Source: Arenicellales bacterium (GTDB lineage Bacteria; Pseudomonadota; Gammaproteobacteria; Arenicellales; Poriferihabitantaceae). Taken from it: a DNA stretch of 64,000 nt. This document shows, one piece after another, positions 52,048 through 62,502 of this stretch. The stretch spans positions 922,846 to 986,845 of the forward strand of contig OZ220677.1 of NCBI GenBank assembly GCA_965116335.1, written 5' to 3'. Made by a program: the position numbers and the translations under genes. Within the stretch, counting starts at the first letter, position 1. Each line of letters opens with the position of its first letter. The notes beneath the pieces are model-generated. The model was not told the origin of the DNA. It saw nothing but the letters and a program-made list of their open reading frames with translations, and ran no database searches.

Positions 52048-52803
52048 TTACAGGCCGTAACTGCTTTCAACGGAACACTCATCCGCCACTTTCTGTCCCT
52101 CGGCAAAATCAAGCGTGCCCTCGTAAATCGCCCGCCCGGTGATCGCCCCGACAATACCCGACCCGGCAGCCTCAGCCAGTCTTTTGACGTTCGCAATATT
52201 ATGGATTCCCCCGGAGGCAATAACCGGGATGTTGACCGCCCGGGCCAACTCCACCGTGGCCTCTATATTCACTCCTCCCATCATGCCGTCTCTGGCAATA
52301 TCGGTATAGATGATCGCCTCCACGCCATCGGAATCAAAACGCCGGGCCAACTCCACCGCATCATGCCGAGACAGCTTGGACCAGCCCTCAACCGCAACTT
52401 TCCCGTCACGAGCATCCAGGCCGACGATCACATGGGTCGGAAAAGCGGCGCACAAATCACTGATCAGGTGAGGCTCCCGCACCGCCCCGGTGCCGATGAT
52501 GACATAACGCACTCCAGCCTGAATGTAACCCTCGACGGTGTCTTCATTACGGATGCCGCCACCGACCTGAATCGGAATGTCCGGGTGATTTTCCGCAATC
52601 CGGTGAATCAGGCCCGCATTCACCGGCTGCCCGGTCATAGCCCCGTCCAGATCAACGATATGGATTCGCCTCGCGCCCTCCTCCACCCAGCGCGCCGCCA
52701 TGGATACCGGATCATCAGAAAATACCGTAGATTGACTCATGTCCCCCTGACGCAGCCGAACACACTTGCCATCCTTGATATCAATTGCCGGGATCAACAG
52801 CAT
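52048..52803 (-). CDS. hisA: ProFAR isomerase
   Basis: [30 protein letters not shown]. Confidence 0.9.
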   Translation of the reverse strand: MLLIPAIDIKDGKCVRLRQGDMSQSTVFSDDPVSMAARWVEEGARRIHIVDLDGAMTGQPVNAGLIHRIAENHPDIPIQVGGGIRNEDTVEGYIQAGVRYVIIGTGAVREPHLISDLCAAFPTHVIVGLDARDGKVAVEGWSKLSRHDAVELARRFDSDGVEAIIYTDIARDGMMGGVNIEATVELARAVNIPVIASGGIHNIANVKRLAEAAGSGIVGAITGRAIYEGTLDFAEGQKVADECSVESSYGL

Positions 52804-52805
52804 GG

Positions 52806-53462
52806 CTAAACGGTTCCGTTCCAGTGCAGGAAGTTTTTCAGGAGTTTCAATCCGGCTCGCTGACTCTTTTCGGGATGAAACTGGGTTGCGAACAGATTTT
52901 CATGAGCGGCGGCAGCCGTGAAACAGTTGCCGTACCCGCATTCCCCGGCAACCTGGCTCTGGTCATCACTCTCCACATAGTAACTGTGCACGAAATAGAA
53001 GCGTTCGCCATCCGGGATACCCTGCCATAGCGGATGGTCGTTGACAATCGAAACCGTGTTCCATCCCATGTGCGGAATTTTCAATCGTTGCGCGGGCACT
53101 GTCGATTGATGCCGCTCATGGCTTGAGAAATGCCGCACCCGTCCCTTCAGGATATCCAGTCCACGAGTGCCCTGATTTTCTTCGCTGGCGCCGTAGAGCG
53201 CCTGCAACCCCAGACAAATACCCAGCACCGGACCTTCGCCGAGACGTCTCCTGACCGTATCCTCCAATACCGGATCACGATTGATTTGCCTGATCCAGGT
53301 GCCGATTGCACCCTGTCCGGGCAATATCATATAATCAGCTGCCGCAATCTCTTGGGGATTCGCGGTTATCCTGACTGCATGACCCGGAGCGACACAGGTA
53401 ACCGCCTTACTGACCGATCTCAGGTTGCCGGTGCCGAGATCAACAATGACCACCTTGTTCAT
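52806..53462 (-). CDS. hisH: imidazole glycerol phosphate synthase glutaminase subunit
   Basis: [30 protein letters not shown]. Internal ATG 53462. Confidence 0.9.
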   Translation of the reverse strand: MNKVVIVDLGTGNLRSVSKAVTCVAPGHAVRITANPQEIAAADYMILPGQGAIGTWIRQINRDPVLEDTVRRRLGEGPVLGICLGLQALYGASEENQGTRGLDILKGRVRHFSSHERHQSTVPAQRLKIPHMGWNTVSIVNDHPLWQGIPDGERFYFVHSYYVESDDQSQVAGECGYGNCFTAAAAHENLFATQFHPEKSQRAGLKLLKNFLHWNGTV

Positions 53463-53469
53463 AACCCGC

Positions 53470-54060
53470 CTATAGTGTTCCCTTGGTCGAAGGCACACCG
53501 GTCATCCGGGGATCCAGGGCAATGGCGCTGCGTAGCGCGCGACCGAATGCCTTGTACACCGTTTCTGCGATATGATGCGAGTTTTCGCCGCGCAAATTGT
53601 CGATATGCAGGGTAGCCAGTGCGTGATTGCAGAAACCCTGAAAGAACTCATGGATCAAAGCGGTCGAGAAATCGCCGATGTTGCGGTCCGGGTAATCAAC
53701 CCGGCTGACCAGCAGGGGTCTACCGGAAAAGTCAATAACTACCCGGCTCAGGGCTTCATCCAGTGGAACATAAGAATGACCATAACGCGAGATGCCCTTT
53801 TTATCGCCGAGTGCCTGCCCCATCGCCTGCCCCAGAGTAATCCCTATATCTTCCACGGTATGGTGATCATCAATGTGTAAATCACCGCGCGCCTCGATAT
53901 CGAGATCAATCACGCCATGCCGTGCAACCTGATCCAGCATGTGTTCCAGGAACGGAACCCCGGTATCGAATTGCGCCTTCCCGGAGCCATCGAGATTCAG
54001 GTTGATACGGACTTTCGTTTCTTTGGTCTCGCGAGTAACTTGGGCAGTTCTGTCGGTCAT
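53470..54060 (-). CDS. hisB: imidazoleglycerol-phosphate dehydratase
   Basis: RETKETKV...LDGSG....[24 protein letters not shown]. Confidence 0.9.
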   Translation of the reverse strand: MTDRTAQVTRETKETKVRINLNLDGSGKAQFDTGVPFLEHMLDQVARHGVIDLDIEARGDLHIDDHHTVEDIGITLGQAMGQALGDKKGISRYGHSYVPLDEALSRVVIDFSGRPLLVSRVDYPDRNIGDFSTALIHEFFQGFCNHALATLHIDNLRGENSHHIAETVYKAFGRALRSAIALDPRMTGVPSTKGTL

Positions 54061-54226
54061 GATAGAGGTTAAGGTCTGGCGAAATAATACGGTAGCGTAG
54101 TATATGGGTATACACCCGCATTTGCCATTGGTTTTTGCGGTTCGGCAGCGAGCGTTTGAATATTGTCGTTGAATATTTTCCGTATTGTGCTAATCTGGCA
54201 ACAAGACCCCTCAAGGAATTTCCACC

Positions 54227-55324
54227 ATGTTAAAGGATTGGCTGACCCTGATCTATCTGAAATCCGTTCCTCTTGCCCGCAAGCGGGAATGGGTGCAGCG
54301 GTTCGGCACGCCGTCCGCCCTGCTCAACGCCAGCCAACAAACCCTGCGTCAGGCTGACATCCACTCCGGCACCGAAACAGCTGCGCTCCTGGAGCCGCCC
54401 AAAGACACTGGCGCCATCGATCTCGAAAAGGACCTGGAAACACTGGAATCGCTGCAATGCCAGTATATCGGGTTCAATGATCCGCGTTTCCCCGCCCTGC
54501 TCAATGAAATCCCGAACCCGCCTCTCGGCCTGTTCGTCAAGGGCCGCAGCGAACTGTTGCAAAACCCGCAACTCGCGATAGTCGGCAGCCGCAACGCCAG
54601 CCCTTCCGGGAGAAGAACGGCCGCATCCTTCGCCGCGGAACTGGCCGATCTGGGACTGACCATTACCAGCGGCCTGGCTTCCGGTATTGACAGTCAGGCC
54701 CATCAGGGCTGTCTTTCCCGAAACGGCAATACAGTCGCGGTCATCGGCACCGGCATTGACCGTATATACCCGAAATCGAACCGGAATCTATACCAGGAGG
54801 TCGCATCAAGCGGAGTCATAGTGACGGAATTTCCTCCCGGCACTCCTCCCCTGTCACGCAATTTCCCCCTGAGAAACCGGATTATCAGCGGGTTGTCACT
54901 GGGTACTCTGGTGGTTGAGGCAGGCATCCGCAGCGGTAGCCTGATTACCGCCAGACTGGCGGCAGAACAGGGCCGTGAAGTGTTCGCCATTCCGGGGTCC
55001 ATTCATATCGTGACCAGCCGCGGCTGCCATTTCCTGATCAGGCAGGGCGCCAAACTGGTCGAGTCGATTGCTGACATCGTGGAAGAACTGCAACACTTCG
55101 ACAACCTGCCATCCGACCTCAAAAACAAAACAAAACCGCCTGTAAACACAACCGGGGATGAAAATCCGCTATATAACCTGATAGACTACGCCCCGGTTTC
55201 GATGGAACAGATAATCGAGCAAAGTGGATTGACTGCACAGCAGGTTTCATCCATTCTGAGCGACTTGGAGTTACAAGGGTTGATTGTCGAAACCAACGGC
55301 AGTTATCAGAGACTGCCTGCCTGA
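54227..55324 (+). CDS. dprA: DNA-processing protein DprA (Smf)
   Basis: AIVGSRNASPSGRRTA, GLASGIDSQAH, RNRIISGLS. Confidence 0.9.
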   Translation: MLKDWLTLIYLKSVPLARKREWVQRFGTPSALLNASQQTLRQADIHSGTETAALLEPPKDTGAIDLEKDLETLESLQCQYIGFNDPRFPALLNEIPNPPLGLFVKGRSELLQNPQLAIVGSRNASPSGRRTAASFAAELADLGLTITSGLASGIDSQAHQGCLSRNGNTVAVIGTGIDRIYPKSNRNLYQEVASSGVIVTEFPPGTPPLSRNFPLRNRIISGLSLGTLVVEAGIRSGSLITARLAAEQGREVFAIPGSIHIVTSRGCHFLIRQGAKLVESIADIVEELQHFDNLPSDLKNKTKPPVNTTGDENPLYNLIDYAPVSMEQIIEQSGLTAQQVSSILSDLELQGLIVETNGSYQRLPA

Positions 55325-55370
55325 ACACCACCAGCAAAAATCGGGGAATCGGATGGGGCCGTTGCAATAA

Positions 55371-55853
55371 ATGAAACAAAATGTTCTGGATGTTCTGATC
55401 TTCCTGTTCGAGAATGATCGGTTCGCGGAGGATGAGGCTGAATGGAGCCAGGAAACTCTGGAGCTGGAGTTGAGACAGGCCGGTTTCGACCATGCCATGA
55501 TCGACCTGGCTTTCGACTGGCTGGAAAATCTCGCGCTTCTTTGTGAGAACAATCCACAAAACCCGCTGGACACTGAACAACCTGCAATTCGACACTATTC
55601 CATGATGGAACAGGCGCGTCTCGATACCGAAGCCCGCGGCCTGCTCCTGAAACTGGAACAATGCGGCGTGCTCAACAGGATTTCCAGGGAAATGGTGATT
55701 GACCAACTGATGGCGCTGGATGATCAGGATATTGAACCCGATCACGTCAAATGGGTCACGTTAATGGTCCTGAATTGTTGTACCGAAGGAGAGGGAACCT
55801 GTGAGTTGACCGAATCGCTGGTTCTTGAAGGACTGCACGGTTGCGCTCACTAG
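55371..55853 (+). CDS. smg: Smg protein (DUF494)
   Basis: MKQNVLDVLIFLFEN... Conserved dprA-smg-topA synteny. Confidence 0.85.
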   Translation: MKQNVLDVLIFLFENDRFAEDEAEWSQETLELELRQAGFDHAMIDLAFDWLENLALLCENNPQNPLDTEQPAIRHYSMMEQARLDTEARGLLLKLEQCGVLNRISREMVIDQLMALDDQDIEPDHVKWVTLMVLNCCTEGEGTCELTESLVLEGLHGCAH

Positions 55854-55863
55854 GTGCTCGCTA

Positions 55864-58344
55864 ATGGGTAAACCTCTGATCATCGTCGAATCTCCGGCCA
55901 AGGCGCGGTCGATGTCCCGATACCTGGGCAACGACTTCAAGGCGATGGCTTCCTACGGTCATGTCCGCGACCTGCTGCCTCGGGAAGGCGCGGTCGACCC
56001 GGACAATGATTTCGAGATGCACTATGAGCTGGTCGAACGCAACAAGGTGCATGTCAATCAGATTGTCAAGGCAATGCACAGCGCCGATTCGCTCTATCTG
56101 GCGACTGACCCTGACCGTGAAGGCGAAGCAATATCCTGGCACCTGTACGAACTGCTCAAGCAAAGGAAAGCAATCGGAAACAAGCCGGTCTACCGGGTTG
56201 AATTTCACGAAATCACCCGAACCGCCATTCAGAAAGCGGTCGCCAATCCGCGGGAAATCTCCACCAGTCTGATCGAAGCGCAACAGGCCCGGCGCGCGCT
56301 GGATTATCTGGTCGGCTTCAACCTGTCGCCCCTGTTATGGAGAAAGGTACGCACGGGATTGTCCGCAGGCCGGGTACAGAGTCCAGCCCTGCGGATGATT
56401 TGTGAGCGGGAGGCGGAAATCATGAAATTCGTGCGCCAGGAATACTGGACCATTGAGGCCGACATGGATACTGCAGGGCAGAAATTTTCCGGCAAACTGA
56501 CGCATTATCAGAAACAGAAGCTCACACAGTTCTCCATTACCGACAAATCATCCGCCAAGCAGGCTACCACCGCACTTGAGCAGGCCGCCAACGGAAAGTT
56601 ACGCGTTGCAAAAGTTACTAAAAAACAAAGAAAACGCAATCCGGCTCCACCGTTCACCACCTCAACCCTGCAACAGGAAGCCTCCAGGAAGCTGGGCTTC
56701 AGCACACAGCGAACCATGCAGATAGCGCAAAAACTGTATGAAGGAGTCGGCTCCGGCAAGGGTTCAGCCGGGCTGATTACCTATATGCGAACCGACTCGG
56801 TTGCGCTGGCCGGTCAGGCTATAGCCGAAATCAGGGATTTCATTGTCGGAGAATACGGAACCTCCGCAGTTCCTGATAGTCCCAGAACGTTCAAGAACAA
56901 GTCGAAAAACGCCCAGGAAGCGCACGAAGCGATACGACCCGTCTCGGTCAACCAGACACCCGCCCGACTACGCTCCCGGTTGTCCCCGGATCAAATCCGG
57001 CTATATGAACTGATCTGGAAACGCACGGTCGCGTGCCAGATGATCCATGCCACTATCGACACCGTTTCTGTGGATCTGGCAGCCGGTGATGTCGGCATCT
57101 TCCGTTCTTCGGGTTCGACTATACGGATTCCGGGGTTCATGTCGGTTTATCTCGAAGGCTACGATGACCGTGCCGACAAGGACGAGAAGGACACGTATCT
57201 ACCGGATCTGCGAGAGGGGCTGGAAGTTGATCTGATAAAGGTACGTCCAGAGCAGCATTTCACCGAACCTCCACCCCGTTATAACGAGGCGTCTCTGGTA
57301 AAAACCCTTGAAGCCTGGGGTATTGGCCGCCCTTCCACCTACGCTTCCATCATCAGCACCCTGCAATATCGGCAATACGTCACACTCGAAAACCGCAGAT
57401 TCGAACCGACTGAAATCGGCAAGATCGTCAATCAATTCCTGTCCAATCATTTCACCCGCTATGTCGATTATGAGTTCACCGCGAAAATGGAAGATGAGCT
57501 GGATGAAATATCACGAGGTGAGAAACAGCGGATTCCCCTGATGAGGAAATTCTGGGACGACTTTTCCCAACAGGTCAAAGAGAAACAAGAAACCGTCAGC
57601 CGTGATGAAGTCATCCAGTCCCGAACACTCGGCACCGACCCCAAGTCCGGCAGACCGCTGTCGGTGCGAATGGGCAGATACGGCCCTTGTGCCCAGATAG
57701 GTACTCGCGATGATGAAGAAAAACCGGTGTTCGCCAGTCTGCGTGCCGGTCAAAAGCTGGATTCGATCACCTTCGAGGAAGCCCTGGCTCTGTTCGACCT
57801 GCCAAGATCATTAGGTGAATCGCCCGAAGGTGAGAAACTGACGGTCGCCATTGGCCGCTTCGGACCATACATCAAATACGCCGACAAATACGTCTCTCTC
57901 GGTGATCATGATCCGGCAACGGTAACCCGGGATATCGTCCTCCAACTGGTCGCGGAGAAAAAGGAGAAGGATGCCAAGCGTCTGATCCTGAATTTTGAAG
58001 AGCACGGCATACAGGTGCTGAATGGCCGTTACGGGCCATACATAACCGACGGAGAAAAAAACGCGCGGGTGCCGAAAACCGTCGAACCGCACACTCTCAG
58101 CCTGGAAGACTGCATTGAACTGCTGAAAAACGCGAAGCCACCATCCAGAAAAAAGAAAGCCATCACCAAAAAGACCACCCGGAAGAAGACCACCACGAAG
58201 AAGGCTACGAAGAAAGTTGCCACGAAAAAGACCGGGCGTAAAAAGACTGTTCGCAAAAAGACCGTTGCAAAAAAGACCACCCGGAAAAAAACCGTGCGAA
58301 AAAAGCCTGCCACGAAAAAAGCCACTCTGAAAAAACCGGCGTAA
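55864..58344 (+). CDS. topA: DNA topoisomerase I (zinc-finger-less C-terminal repeat type with Lys-rich tail)
   Basis: MGKPLIIVESPAKARS, TDPDREGEAISWH, ITYMRTDS (catalytic Tyr). C-terminal GRYGPY/GRFGPY repeats without CxxC motifs. Tail KKTTRKKTTTKKATKK... Confidence 0.9.
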   Translation: MGKPLIIVESPAKARSMSRYLGNDFKAMASYGHVRDLLPREGAVDPDNDFEMHYELVERNKVHVNQIVKAMHSADSLYLATDPDREGEAISWHLYELLKQRKAIGNKPVYRVEFHEITRTAIQKAVANPREISTSLIEAQQARRALDYLVGFNLSPLLWRKVRTGLSAGRVQSPALRMICEREAEIMKFVRQEYWTIEADMDTAGQKFSGKLTHYQKQKLTQFSITDKSSAKQATTALEQAANGKLRVAKVTKKQRKRNPAPPFTTSTLQQEASRKLGFSTQRTMQIAQKLYEGVGSGKGSAGLITYMRTDSVALAGQAIAEIRDFIVGEYGTSAVPDSPRTFKNKSKNAQEAHEAIRPVSVNQTPARLRSRLSPDQIRLYELIWKRTVACQMIHATIDTVSVDLAAGDVGIFRSSGSTIRIPGFMSVYLEGYDDRADKDEKDTYLPDLREGLEVDLIKVRPEQHFTEPPPRYNEASLVKTLEAWGIGRPSTYASIISTLQYRQYVTLENRRFEPTEIGKIVNQFLSNHFTRYVDYEFTAKMEDELDEISRGEKQRIPLMRKFWDDFSQQVKEKQETVSRDEVIQSRTLGTDPKSGRPLSVRMGRYGPCAQIGTRDDEEKPVFASLRAGQKLDSITFEEALALFDLPRSLGESPEGEKLTVAIGRFGPYIKYADKYVSLGDHDPATVTRDIVLQLVAEKKEKDAKRLILNFEEHGIQVLNGRYGPYITDGEKNARVPKTVEPHTLSLEDCIELLKNAKPPSRKKKAITKKTTRKKTTTKKATKKVATKKTGRKKTVRKKTVAKKTTRKKTVRKKPATKKATLKKPA

Positions 58345-58357
58345 ATATCAAGACCGG

Positions 58358-59680
58358 CTAGCGACCCAGTCTCTTCAGCATCACCATAGCGGTTTTTATG
58401 ACAATGGTCATGTCCAGCCGGAGGGTATGGTTCTTGATATAGTACAGGTCGTATTCCAGTTTATGACGAGCGTCTTTGACCGATGAGCCATAAGGATACT
58501 TGACCTGGGCCCAGCCGGTTATTCCAGGCGGCACGATGTGGCGAACCAGATAGTGTGGAATCTCACGCTGCAACAGGGATACGAACTCCGGTCGTTCCGG
58601 TCGCGGCCCGATCAGACTCATATTGCCCAGAATCAGATTCCATAACTGCGGCAATTCGTCAATATGCGAGGCGCGCAGAAATCTCCCTAACCGGGTTATT
58701 CTCGGGTCGTCCGCATCCGCCCACTGCACGCCCGACTTCTCCGCATCCTCGAACATGGTGCGGAACTTGTAGAGAGTGAATACCTTGCCATTCAGACCGA
58801 CTCTCTGCTGGCGGTAGATAATCCTGCCCGGAGAATGGAGCCGAATCATCACTCCGATCAACAGCATCAACGGCGACACGCCGATCAGCGAGACCACAGC
58901 AATCAGGCAATCGACTATGCGCTTGACTCGAAACCCAGTCCTCTTATGCGTCAGATTGTGGCGACTCAAGTGCAGCATGTCTTCTTCAAAATGATCCACC
59001 GGCAATAATTTCCAATACTGCTCATAGTAGCCGGTAACGCTGAGTATCGTCACTGGACTTTGTGACTGATTGATCGGTTTCACCTCCGGTGCCAGTGAGT
59101 CCGCATGAACGATACAGGATCGTTCAGGATGCTCCCTGATCCAGGACTCAATCTCATGGATACGGGTTTCCGCCTCAAACCGGGGCACATCCCGGGAGGG
59201 GTCAGTCCGCAACGCCGTTGCCTGTATATCCTGATTGAAACGCGCAACCGATTCTTCAGTATCGATCATCAGCCAGTGAATGACTCCCAACGTGTGCTGA
59301 TACCACTTCGCGAACAACCATCTGGACAATGCTGCCCACAGCGCAAACAAGGCAAGCGCGACCGGCAGCACTGCCCGGCCGAAAATCGGATCATACTGTT
59401 CTCTGCCGAGGATGTAGACCACAAATACACTGGCGGCGGCTACCACAAACACGGCAGCCAGAGCATCGCCACTGAATCTGACCGGGTCCCGGCTGTCATC
59501 CATCCGGTACATATCCATCGCATACAACGCCAGGATTGCAACCACCACCAATATCCACAACGACCCGGAAAATGGCGATGCCCATTGACCGAACCGCAAC
59601 TGGTGCGCCAGGAAGTAAGCCGCCAGGATACCGGCCACATCCAGCCCGACCAACAATCCCGCACGGGACACATACCGCAT
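58358..59680 (-). CDS. polyprenyl-phosphate sugar phosphotransferase (WbaP/EpsB-like initiating transferase)
   Basis: KRIVDCLIAVVSL..., IYRQQRVGLNGKVFTLYKFRTM, DELPQLWNLILGNMSLIGPRPERPEF. Confidence 0.85.
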   Translation of the reverse strand: MRYVSRAGLLVGLDVAGILAAYFLAHQLRFGQWASPFSGSLWILVVVAILALYAMDMYRMDDSRDPVRFSGDALAAVFVVAAASVFVVYILGREQYDPIFGRAVLPVALALFALWAALSRWLFAKWYQHTLGVIHWLMIDTEESVARFNQDIQATALRTDPSRDVPRFEAETRIHEIESWIREHPERSCIVHADSLAPEVKPINQSQSPVTILSVTGYYEQYWKLLPVDHFEEDMLHLSRHNLTHKRTGFRVKRIVDCLIAVVSLIGVSPLMLLIGVMIRLHSPGRIIYRQQRVGLNGKVFTLYKFRTMFEDAEKSGVQWADADDPRITRLGRFLRASHIDELPQLWNLILGNMSLIGPRPERPEFVSLLQREIPHYLVRHIVPPGITGWAQVKYPYGSSVKDARHKLEYDLYYIKNHTLRLDMTIVIKTAMVMLKRLGR

Positions 59681-60504
59681 CAGACGGCCCAGAACGAACG
59701 GGATGGAATCAGAGTCCTGAAGTCAGGCTTCTCTTCGCCACGATCAAACATCAACGCAGCAGCACCCTCCACCGGCAGAGCGAGCTGGATGCCGCAGAGT
59801 CTGGATTCCCGCTTTCGCGGGGAAGACGGATGGTTGCCCTCGAACAATCCGGCAACTCCGCTATGCCAGTGGTCCCGATGCAGATGGCTGAACAGGGTCA
59901 CCCGATTCATCGCATATCGAATCCCGACTCCCAACAGTTTCCCATACGCCTCCTTACGGGTCCAGCAACAGAGCATCGCGTGATTAGCCTGATCCGCAGG
60001 AACAGCCTGAAAACTGTGGGCTTCCCGCGCCGTCAGAATCCGTCTGGCGAACCGCTCGACCGCCACGAGCCTTGGAAATACCTCCATATCAACACCGAGA
60101 TTCCGGTTACGGGCAAATCCATAAAGGGCATGACCCGCCGACACCGTATAATTGAATTTCAGGCCACCGTAGCGGGCAGAGTGGCGCAGCTCAGGTTTCC
60201 CCCGCGGGCCGGAAACAAACTCAAGCTCGGGTTGGCCGACCCCGGTATAGCGTTCCAGCAATACCCTGCACCCGATTCTCCCGGCCACATACAGACGCTG
60301 TTTCACCGGATCAACAATCCGTGCGGCCCGGCGACGCTCGCGCTCGCTCAGCATCCGGCGATAGCGTGGTTGCTCAACCATCACCCGCATCGCCTCCGGC
60401 ATCATTACCCATAGATGTATCTGATCCGGCCCAAGCTTGGGCACCTGGTCTGTCCTGCGCCATTCAAAGGCCCGTTCAGCCACTCCACTGCACCGACTGG
60501 TCAC
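59680..60504 (-). CDS. 4'-phosphopantetheinyl transferase (Sfp-type)
   Basis: NLGVDMEVF and CWTRKEAYGKLLG motifs. Start/stop overlaps with both neighbours. Confidence 0.75.
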   Translation of the reverse strand: MTSRCSGVAERAFEWRRTDQVPKLGPDQIHLWVMMPEAMRVMVEQPRYRRMLSERERRRAARIVDPVKQRLYVAGRIGCRVLLERYTGVGQPELEFVSGPRGKPELRHSARYGGLKFNYTVSAGHALYGFARNRNLGVDMEVFPRLVAVERFARRILTAREAHSFQAVPADQANHAMLCCWTRKEAYGKLLGVGIRYAMNRVTLFSHLHRDHWHSGVAGLFEGNHPSSPRKRESRLCGIQLALPVEGAAALMFDRGEEKPDFRTLIPSRSFWAV

Positions 60505-60725
60505 AACTCGAATATCGGACCGAAATTGTTGATCTGCGCCAAAGCCGCCTCTTCCACGGCAGCGTCGACCCCTCTTTTCCTCTTCTCGATAATGCGGTGC
60601 TGCAAGCCCTGTTTGTCGAACAGGTAACTCGAGCTTTCAAATCGAAGTTCTACAACAAATCCGCCGCCGGGAATATTGTATATGCCGCCAGCCTCTACCT
60701 TTTTATGGATGTCAATATCGGTCAT
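60501..60725 (-). CDS. hypothetical small protein (74 aa), ATGA-coupled to the PPTase gene
   Basis: Intact ORF. The stop overlaps the PPTase ATG. No recognisable motif. Confidence 0.4.
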   Translation of the reverse strand: MTDIDIHKKVEAGGIYNIPGGGFVVELRFESSSYLFDKQGLQHRIIEKRKRGVDAAVEEAALAQINNFGPIFEL

Positions 60726-60890
60726 GTTTTACCAATGGAATAAACGCGAATTGCTTTTTGAGTCAGGAAATATGACCGAATTATAACCCGGCAAGCCTGC
60801 ATACCGGATGGTTGCAATCCAGTATAATTTCCGGTTGATCCGGCAACGCGAGACAATCGGACAATATCGGCAACAGACAACCTGCATGAC

Positions 60891-62489
60891 ATGAACAATC
60901 CGTCACCATCTCCTTCACCTGGAAACATCCTCTTTATCCTGTGCGATCAGTTGCGCTTCGACTATCTATCCTGCTATGGGCATGAGTCCCTTGAAACCCC
61001 GAACATTGACCGCCTTGCCGAACGCGGCGTCACCTTCACCAACGCTTACTGCCAGGCGCCAATCTGCGCCCCTTCACGGGCCAGTTTCTACTCTGGCCGG
61101 TATATGTCCAGTCATGGCGTAATGGGCAACGACGATGCGCTGCAACTCGATGAGAAGATGCTTGCAGACTACTTGCAACCACTCGGTTATCGCACTGCGG
61201 TCACCGGCAAAACCCACAGCTATAAAAATCGGGATGCTCTGGAAAACCTGGCAGTCGATATGAGCTCCGACTACGCCAGGGCTTCGCAAACAGGCGGGTT
61301 CGAGCCTTACGAATCCCATGAGGGACTGTATCCGGACCCGATACTTCCGCAATCTCATGGCTATACGAGCTACTTGCGGTCATTGGGCTATGCCTGGGAA
61401 AACCCATGGGACCGTTGCGCCAACAGTGGCCTGGACACGGATGGAAACCTGCACTCAGGCTGGCAACTGCGTAGCGCACGTTACCCGGCTGCCATAAGAG
61501 AAGAACATTCCGAAACGGCATTTACCACACAAAGGGCCATGGATTTTATGGAGCAGACAGCGGATCAGCCGTGGTGCCTCCACCTGAGTTATATCAAGCC
61601 GCACTGGCCTGTGATTGCGCCTGCACCCTGGCACGAAATTTACCGGCCCGAAGACATCCAGGCGGTTGTTCGCAGCGAGTTGGAACTCAACAACCCGCAC
61701 CCGGTTCATCAGGCTTTCATGCAACAGGAGTACAGCCAGTCCTGGATACGTGATGAGGTGCGCGAAGTCGTCATCCCCGTCTACATGGGATTGGTCAAAC
61801 AACTCGACCACCATCTCGGACGATTATTTGAGTTCATGCGCGCAAGAGACTTGCTGGACAATACACTGATCGTTTTTAGCGCGGATCACGGCGACTATCT
61901 GGGCGACCACTGGCTGGGCGAAAAAGATCTGTTTCATGAGGCTTCGGCCAAAATTCCGTTCATTCTGGTTGACCCCCGCACCCGGGCAGATACGACTCGG
62001 GGCATGCAACGCAATGAGTTCGTAGAAGCCGTTGATCTGGTGCCTACCCTGCTGGATTTCGCGGGTGCCGAGCCTTGCCAGGAACGTCTCGAAGGACGCT
62101 CCCTCCTGCCCATGCTGGATTGTCGTCAACAACCTGAAAACTGGCGTGACTTTGCGGTCAGTGAGATTGATTATTCAGACCGCGGCCCACGCTCCCTGCT
62201 CAACCTGCGGCTCGACCAGTGCCGCGCAATCATGATCCGGGACAAACGCTGGAAATATATCTGGCATCCGCAGTTTGCATCTCAGCTGTTCGACCTGGAA
62301 AACGACCCGGACGAATTCACCGATCTGGGGCGCGACCGATCATTCGACAAGATATGCGACCAGATGAAAGACCGGATCCTGGTCTGGCGTAACTCGCTGA
62401 AACGCCGCACCGGCCTCGAATATCAATACATGATGGGGCAAGGCCCGCAACGGGACGAGGAGTTCGGGATCATTATTGGCCGGTGGTGA
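60891..62489 (+). CDS. sulfatase-family hydrolase
   Basis: NILFILCDQLRFD, CAPSRASFYSGRY (CxPxR formylglycine motif), FSADHGDYLGDH. Confidence 0.85.
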   Translation: MNNPSPSPSPGNILFILCDQLRFDYLSCYGHESLETPNIDRLAERGVTFTNAYCQAPICAPSRASFYSGRYMSSHGVMGNDDALQLDEKMLADYLQPLGYRTAVTGKTHSYKNRDALENLAVDMSSDYARASQTGGFEPYESHEGLYPDPILPQSHGYTSYLRSLGYAWENPWDRCANSGLDTDGNLHSGWQLRSARYPAAIREEHSETAFTTQRAMDFMEQTADQPWCLHLSYIKPHWPVIAPAPWHEIYRPEDIQAVVRSELELNNPHPVHQAFMQQEYSQSWIRDEVREVVIPVYMGLVKQLDHHLGRLFEFMRARDLLDNTLIVFSADHGDYLGDHWLGEKDLFHEASAKIPFILVDPRTRADTTRGMQRNEFVEAVDLVPTLLDFAGAEPCQERLEGRSLLPMLDCRQQPENWRDFAVSEIDYSDRGPRSLLNLRLDQCRAIMIRDKRWKYIWHPQFASQLFDLENDPDEFTDLGRDRSFDKICDQMKDRILVWRNSLKRRTGLEYQYMMGQGPQRDEEFGIIIGRW

Positions 62490-62502
62490 GACTCTCGGCT
62501 GA

